From an uncultured Nitrospiraceae bacterium (GTDB lineage Bacteria > Nitrospirota > Thermodesulfovibrionia > Thermodesulfovibrionales > UBA6898): a stretch of 64,000 bases of DNA. Shown here piece by piece: positions 58,798 through 64,000 of this stretch. Position 1 is the first letter of the stretch, and the number at the start of each line of letters is the position of its first letter. The DNA lies in contig CAWEQH010000004.1 in NCBI GenBank assembly GCA_963811165.1, positions 480,001 through 544,000 on the forward strand. Direction: 5' to 3'. The position numbers and the translations under genes are program-made. The notes beneath the pieces were generated by a model. That model made no database searches. It was not told the origin of the DNA and saw only the letters and a program-made list of their open reading frames with translations.

Positions 58798-61700
58798 ATG
58801 AGGAGAAAAGTTCTCGTCACTTTACTTGTCACGGCTCTTATGGTTATGGGAGTCATGGGCATCACTAACGCATTAACGGCAACCGATGGGGCTGCCTTAT
58901 ATTCAACTGACTGTCAAATGTGTCACGGACCTTTGGGATCGTCTGCAGTCGCAGGAAGGAGCGCTGCTCAGATATCGGCTGCGATTGCGAATCCAGCTTT
59001 TCCGATGGCTGGTATGAGTACGCTTACGTCACTTACGGCTGATCAGGTTGCAGCTATCGCTGCTGCACTTGCACCTGCTCCAGCACCGACACCAGCACCG
59101 ACACCAGCACCGACACCAGCACCGACACCAGCACCGACACCAGCACCGACACCAGCACCGACACCAGCACCGACACCAGCACCGACACCAGCACCGACAC
59201 CAGCACCGACACCAGCACCGACACCAGCACCGACACCAGCACCGACACCAGCACCGACACCAGCACCGACACCAGCACCGACGCCGGTACCGACGCCGGT
59301 ACCGACATCACTCGTGCCTATGCCGCGTCCGGTGGGTCAGGTTGAATATGATAATCCCGGATCTGTCTTTCCTTCTATGAGCGCGGACCCTTCCCATGCG
59401 ATCCCGATTGGAGTCGGAACGGTCGCTCTCGGCGGAGATACGCTCAGCGTACAGGTCGGTCTTAACAAATTTAGCGGTCCGGTGGATGTATATGTGGGCT
59501 ATCGTACTTCAGCCGCTCCCGATAAAATCTCTGTGATAAAATCGGACTATACCGTTCAGGAATTTAATGTTTCGGACATAGATAATGCCGTGTTCGATGG
59601 AGCACCTGTGCCGTCAGGGTTTGAGGCATGGAAAACGGGGGTCACCGGACCGGTCAACGAAATCGTGTTGAACAGTCTGTCCATCACGGATATTGCAGCT
59701 GGTCAATACTCAGCTTATGTCTTGGTTACACCTGCAGGCGACTTCTCCCACTATTATCTATGGCAGACCGATTTTGCATCACCCCAGCATACAGAAGCTG
59801 CTCTTCCGCTGACTGCGCAGCCGCCGGTTGGTGAGCTGACATTCGGGTATTCTGCTCAGGCTTTCCCCGCGATAAATCCTGATCCTTCGCTTGCCGCGCC
59901 GATAAGTATCGGTCCGGCGGCATTGGGTGGGGACACGGTGAGCCTCCAGGTAAGCCTTGGTAAATTTGTCAGCCCGGTTGATATCTATGTGGCCTATGGA
60001 GTAGCGGCCGCACCTGACAAAATCTATCTCATGAAGTCGGATTACACTATCCAGGCGTTTTCTCTTAATGAGATATCCAATGCTATCTATCACGCAGGAC
60101 CAATGCCTAACGGGTTTGCACCCTGGAAACAAAACGTAACAGGACCGATAAACGAGATACTCCTGAACAACGTGCCGGTATCGCAGATTCCCGCAGGGTC
60201 GTACGCGCTTTATCTTATGGCTACGCCGGCAGGCAACCTTAGCAACAATACTATCTGGAGCACGGAGTTAAACGGCACTGGTTCGGACGGTGCGACCCTT
60301 TACTCTCAGAACTGCGCCGGATGTCACGGACCCCTTGCCGGCTCTACAAAGGCCGGGAGAACGGTCTCACAGATACGGGCCGCTATGAGCGCAAACCTGG
60401 GAGGAGTAATGGGCAGCCTTAACGGGCTTTCCGATTTTCAGTTACAGATGATTTCGGACGCCCTCACTCTGCCGACGCCTCCGCCTATGCCTTTGTCGCT
60501 TAAGACCACCGACGCTGCGACGCTTTATAATCAGAACTGTGCGCTTTGTCACGGTCCAAGTGATACGGCTTTCCCGGCGGGAGTTGCACAGAGCCAGGTG
60601 CAGGCGGCTATGAATTCGGTCCGCCAGATGCAGGGGGTTGGGCTCCTTCTTACACCCGATCAGGTGTCGGCCGTTGTAAATAAGATTGGTTCTCCCTCTG
60701 TTACGCCTACGCCGACACCTACACCGGGACCGACGCCTACACCGCCTCCGACTATGAATGGTGCGGCACTCTATGCGACTAACTGTTCGGGTTGTCACGG
60801 AGCGCTTGCAATGTCGGCAAAGAAAGGCCGGACTGCGGCGCAGATATCGGGAGCGATCAGTTCGGTAGGTGCGATGAGCGGGCTTAGCCTGACATCGGCG
60901 CAGATATCGGCCATCGCGTCTGCATTGGCAGGAACGACACCTATGCCTACACCGACACCTACACCGGGACCGACGCCTCCTCCGACGACAAACGGGGCGA
61001 CCCTTTATGCAAACAACTGTTCCGGTTGTCACGGGGCGCTTGCAACTTCGTCCAAGCGTGGACGCACCGCGGCGCAGATCACAAGCGCCATTAGTAGTGT
61101 AGGCCAGATGAGCGGGCTTAGCCTGACATCGGCGCAGATATCGGCTATCGCGTCTGCATTGGCAGGAACGACACCTATGCCTACACCGACACCTACACCG
61201 GGACCGACGCCTCCTCCGACGACAAACGGGGCGACTCTTTATGCGAACAACTGTTCCGGTTGTCACGGGGCGCTTGCAACTTCGTCCAAGCGTGGACGCA
61301 CCGCGGCGCAGATCACAAGCGCCATTAGTAGTGTAAGCCAGATGAGAGGGATTAGCCTGACATCGGCGCAGATATCGGCTATCGCTTCAGCGCTTAGTGG
61401 AACGACACCTACTCCTACACCGACACCTACACCTGGACCGACGCCTCCTCCGACGACAGACGGGGCGACCCTTTATGCGAACAACTGTTCCGGTTGTCAC
61501 GGAGCGCTTGCAACTTCGTCCAAACGTGGACGCACCGCGGCGCAGATCACAAGCGCCATTAGTAGTGTAAGCCAGATGAGAGGGATTAGCCTGACATCGG
61601 CGCAGATATCGGCTATCGCGTCTGCATTGGCAGGAACGACACCGACGCCTACACCTACACCTGGACCGACGAGCGGGGCCACTCTCTATGCGACCTACTG

Positions 61701-61980
61701 CGCAGGATGTCACGGCGCTCTTGCCAGCTCTCAAGTGGGCGGGGCCTCGGCATCTGAAATTTCGTCGGCGATCCACGGCGGCGTGAGTCAAATGTCCGGC
61801 TTAAGCAGCCTGACATCCACGCAGATATCTGCGATAGCATCGGCCCTTGCCGGTGTAAGAGGTTCAGATTCAGTCTTAGGTCAGGCGGCGCCTTCTTCGG
61901 GAGGGCTTCAGCCTGTGCTTTACGCCAGGATGGGGATGGAAATAAGACCGTCTAAAGGGCCTTTGTTCCTTTCAGCCTGA
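58798..61980 (+). CDS. Secreted PgcA-like multi-domain cytochrome c: 8 monoheme domains, Pro/Thr linkers, 2 copies of an unknown domain
   Basis: RBS GGAGG and signal peptide. Eight CxxCH motifs, each in a (G/A)A.LY...CxxCHG domain with a downstream Met. PAPT and PT-rich linkers. Confidence 0.92.
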   Translation: MRRKVLVTLLVTALMVMGVMGITNALTATDGAALYSTDCQMCHGPLGSSAVAGRSAAQISAAIANPAFPMAGMSTLTSLTADQVAAIAAALAPAPAPTPAPTPAPTPAPTPAPTPAPTPAPTPAPTPAPTPAPTPAPTPAPTPAPTPAPTPAPTPAPTPAPTPVPTPVPTSLVPMPRPVGQVEYDNPGSVFPSMSADPSHAIPIGVGTVALGGDTLSVQVGLNKFSGPVDVYVGYRTSAAPDKISVIKSDYTVQEFNVSDIDNAVFDGAPVPSGFEAWKTGVTGPVNEIVLNSLSITDIAAGQYSAYVLVTPAGDFSHYYLWQTDFASPQHTEAALPLTAQPPVGELTFGYSAQAFPAINPDPSLAAPISIGPAALGGDTVSLQVSLGKFVSPVDIYVAYGVAAAPDKIYLMKSDYTIQAFSLNEISNAIYHAGPMPNGFAPWKQNVTGPINEILLNNVPVSQIPAGSYALYLMATPAGNLSNNTIWSTELNGTGSDGATLYSQNCAGCHGPLAGSTKAGRTVSQIRAAMSANLGGVMGSLNGLSDFQLQMISDALTLPTPPPMPLSLKTTDAATLYNQNCALCHGPSDTAFPAGVAQSQVQAAMNSVRQMQGVGLLLTPDQVSAVVNKIGSPSVTPTPTPTPGPTPTPPPTMNGAALYATNCSGCHGALAMSAKKGRTAAQISGAISSVGAMSGLSLTSAQISAIASALAGTTPMPTPTPTPGPTPPPTTNGATLYANNCSGCHGALATSSKRGRTAAQITSAISSVGQMSGLSLTSAQISAIASALAGTTPMPTPTPTPGPTPPPTTNGATLYANNCSGCHGALATSSKRGRTAAQITSAISSVSQMRGISLTSAQISAIASALSGTTPTPTPTPTPGPTPPPTTDGATLYANNCSGCHGALATSSKRGRTAAQITSAISSVSQMRGISLTSAQISAIASALAGTTPTPTPTPGPTSGATLYATYCAGCHGALASSQVGGASASEISSAIHGGVSQMSGLSSLTSTQISAIASALAGVRGSDSVLGQAAPSSGGLQPVLYARMGMEIRPSKGPLFLSA
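59080..59307 (+). repeat. 12-bp coding minisatellite (CCAGCACCGACA) encoding 17x PAPT + 2x PVPT
   Basis: 16 perfect units followed by 3 variants. Confidence 0.95.
60700..61855 (+). repeat. Tandem ~234-bp coding repeats (PT linker + monoheme domain), 5 units
   Basis: The ACACCGGGACCG/ACACCTGGACCG anchor recurs at 60961, 61195 and 61429. The three central units are nearly identical at DNA level. Confidence 0.92.
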
Positions 61981-62006
61981 CATTATTACACGGTCATCTG
62001 ACCACC

Positions 62007-62038
62007 AAAAAGGGGGACATGTCATGTCCCCCTTTTTT
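62007..62038. terminator. Bidirectional rho-independent terminator between the cytochrome gene and paaK
   Basis: AAAAAGGGGGACATG-TC-ATGTCCCCCTTTTTT. Confidence 0.85.
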
Positions 62039-62112
62039 ATTGCAGCTCTTTCTTAAAAAAATGACCGGCTTCGGGTATCGCTTAAGTCCCGTCATCAGAC
62101 GGATTAAACAAG

Positions 62113-63411
62113 CTAAATCTTCCTCAGGTCTATGACCCTTTTGGCCTTTCCCTCGCTCCGCTCGATGCTCTTTTTCTCTACAAGTCTTACATCCACCCCA
62201 ATCCCGAGTTCCGATGCAAGCCTCCGTCTGATGGTATCCATCAATTCGTTTTGTTTCTTCATCTCATCGAAGAATATCGATTCCGAGACCTCGACCTTTA
62301 CGGTGACGTCGTCCATGGCGCCTTTCCTGTCCACTATGATCTGGTAGTGCGGCTCGGTCCCCTCGATATCGAAGAGGACGGATTCGATCTGCGAAGGGAA
62401 TACGTTGACCCCTTTTATGATGAGCATATCGTCGGTCCTGCCCATGACCCGGTTCATCTTGATGAACCTTCTGCCGCAGGCACACGGTGAGGGTATCAGG
62501 CGGGTGAGGTCCCTTGTCCGAAACCGTATGACCGGGAATGCCTCTTTCGTGAGCGTGGTGATGACCAATTCACCGGTCTCCCCGGGGGCAACAGGGTGCA
62601 GCGTCTTGGGGTCCACTACCTCTACCAGAAAGTGGTCTTCGTTTATGTGAAGGCCGTTTCTTTCAAGACACTCCCCTGCGACCCCCGGTCCCATGACCTC
62701 GCTCAGTCCGTAGTTATCGGTGGCGACGATCTTGAGTTTTTCCTGTATCTCCTGCCTCATACCCTCGGACCATGGTTCGGCGCCGAAGAGGCCGTATCTG
62801 AGGGAGAGGGAGTTGACATTGATCCCCATCTCAGCGATGGTGTCGGCGATCAGGAGCGCGTAGCTTGGGGTGCAGATGAGTGCGGTGGTCTTGAAATCCT
62901 GCATGATCTTTACCTGCCTGGCCGTGTTGCCGCTGGATATCGGTATGACCGAGGCCCCGACCCTTTCGGCCCCGTAGTGGAGCCCGAACCCTCCGGTGAA
63001 GAGGCCGTACCCGAAGGCTATCTGGACCACGTCGTCCTTGGTAATGCCGCCGGCGGTGAGCACCCGCGCTACAAGATTAGACCAGGTCTTAAGATCGTTC
63101 TTCGTGTAACCGACTACCGTCGACATCCCGGTTGTTCCTGATGAGGCATGTATCCTTACCACCTCCCTCAAAGGCACGGCAAAGAGGCCATAGGGATAGC
63201 TGTCCCTGAGGTCGTTTTTTGTGGTGAAGGGCAGTTTTCCTACGTCGTCCAGGGAACGAAATTCGTCCGGGTCGATCCCGGCCTGGTCAAACTTTTTTCG
63301 GTAAAAAGGTACGTTCATGTACACACGCGACAGCGTCGACTGCAGCCTCTCGAGCTGGAGCTGTTGGAGTTCTTCTCTGCTCATTGTCTCGTTTTCAGGT
63401 TCCCAGTACAT
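62113..63411 (-). CDS. paaK: Phenylacetate-CoA ligase family protein
   Basis: [37 protein letters not shown] and GRTDDM..KGVNVFP motifs. RBS GAGGAG. Confidence 0.95.
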   Translation of the reverse strand: MYWEPENETMSREELQQLQLERLQSTLSRVYMNVPFYRKKFDQAGIDPDEFRSLDDVGKLPFTTKNDLRDSYPYGLFAVPLREVVRIHASSGTTGMSTVVGYTKNDLKTWSNLVARVLTAGGITKDDVVQIAFGYGLFTGGFGLHYGAERVGASVIPISSGNTARQVKIMQDFKTTALICTPSYALLIADTIAEMGINVNSLSLRYGLFGAEPWSEGMRQEIQEKLKIVATDNYGLSEVMGPGVAGECLERNGLHINEDHFLVEVVDPKTLHPVAPGETGELVITTLTKEAFPVIRFRTRDLTRLIPSPCACGRRFIKMNRVMGRTDDMLIIKGVNVFPSQIESVLFDIEGTEPHYQIIVDRKGAMDDVTVKVEVSESIFFDEMKKQNELMDTIRRRLASELGIGVDVRLVEKKSIERSEGKAKRVIDLRKI

Positions 63412-63444
63412 AGTCTCCTCCGATCTATGGTGCGGCGTATGACG

Positions 63445-63474
63445 TGCAGGGGCACGGCATGCCGTGCCCCTACA
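63445..63474 (-). repeat. GTAG-type REP palindrome
   Basis: TGTAGGGGCACGGCATGCCGTGCCCCTGCA. Confidence 0.8.
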
Positions 63475-63481
63475 TTTATTT

Positions 63482-64000
63482 TTATAACGTTGTCTCCGTG
63501 TCCAGGTCCCGGCCCAGATATGCCCGCTGGACATCCCGGTTGGAGAGGAGGTCTTCTGCGGCCCCCTGCAGCACTACCCTTCCGGTTTCGAGCACGTATC
63601 CGCTATCGGCTATCTTCAGCGCACTCCTGGCATTCTGCTCCACGAGCAAAACGGTAAGCCCGAAGTCGTCCCTGAGCGCCACGATATGTCTGAATATCTC
63701 CTTGATGATAAACGGCGCGAGGCCCATGCTTGGTTCGTCCAGAAGGAGCAGCTTCGGTTTCGCCATCAGCGCGCGTCCTATGGCGAGCATCTGCTGCTCC
63801 CCTCCCGAAAGCGTTCCCGCGACCTGTTTTCTCCTTTTTTGCAGTACCGGGAAGATCGAATAGATCTTTTCTCTGTCACTGCGGATCACGCGATTGTTCC
63901 TAAATGAATAACGATGATATGACCCCAGCAGAAGGTTGTCTTCAACGCTCATGGGCTTAAAGACGAGCCTTCCTTCAGGGACATGGGAAATACCCATCTG
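63482..64000 (-). CDS. livF: Branched-chain amino acid ABC transporter ATP-binding protein, 5' partial
   Basis: [41 protein letters not shown] and AYLG motifs. Confidence 0.92.
   Translation of the reverse strand, partial: QMGISHVPEGRLVFKPMSVEDNLLLGSYHRYSFRNNRVIRSDREKIYSIFPVLQKRRKQVAGTLSGGEQQMLAIGRALMAKPKLLLLDEPSMGLAPFIIKEIFRHIVALRDDFGLTVLLVEQNARSALKIADSGYVLETGRVVLQGAAEDLLSNRDVQRAYLGRDLDTETTL

Noticed and set aside
59048..59380. His-rich (QHRH)n ORF and antisense (VLVS)n ORF
   Set aside because: These are alternative frames of the 12-bp PAPT repeat inside the cytochrome gene.
59080..61855. Repeats as a possible CRISPR array
   Set aside because: Units are contiguous, in-frame and coding, with no unique spacers and no cas genes.

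Overview
A 64-kb bacterial chromosomal window, inferred from gene content and order to come from an anaerobic Nitrospirota (Thermodesulfovibrionia-like) or Desulfobacterota-like organism. Core blocks are pheA-hisC-aroF-tyrA-aroA-cmk-ispH-rpsA-sppA-ihfB, rseC-fusA2-rmlACBD, mobBA plus a MoeA-like gene, yajQ, an RND/TolC/HlyD/ABC-2 efflux cluster, PAS kinases (one a CheB-CheR fusion) and paaK-livF. Accessory content includes several secreted proteins, a frameshifted C1A protease, an IS1202-like element with a 17-bp target duplication, an island of small stress-type genes and REP/MITE-like repeats. The standout is a secreted protein of about 1060 aa with eight separate His/Met-type monoheme cytochrome c domains on Pro/Thr linkers. 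It resembles Geobacter PgcA but has 8 hemes and recent 234-bp repeat amplification. It also carries two copies of an unrecognised domain of about 150 aa. The same domain caps a PQQ/GSDH-type dehydrogenase and makes up most of a stand-alone secreted protein at the other end of the window. Together with an OmcF-like lipoprotein cytochrome, this suggests a possibly undescribed surface-display or extracellular electron transfer system. I found no rRNA, tRNA or CRISPR array. All family calls come from motif recognition by eye, not database searches.
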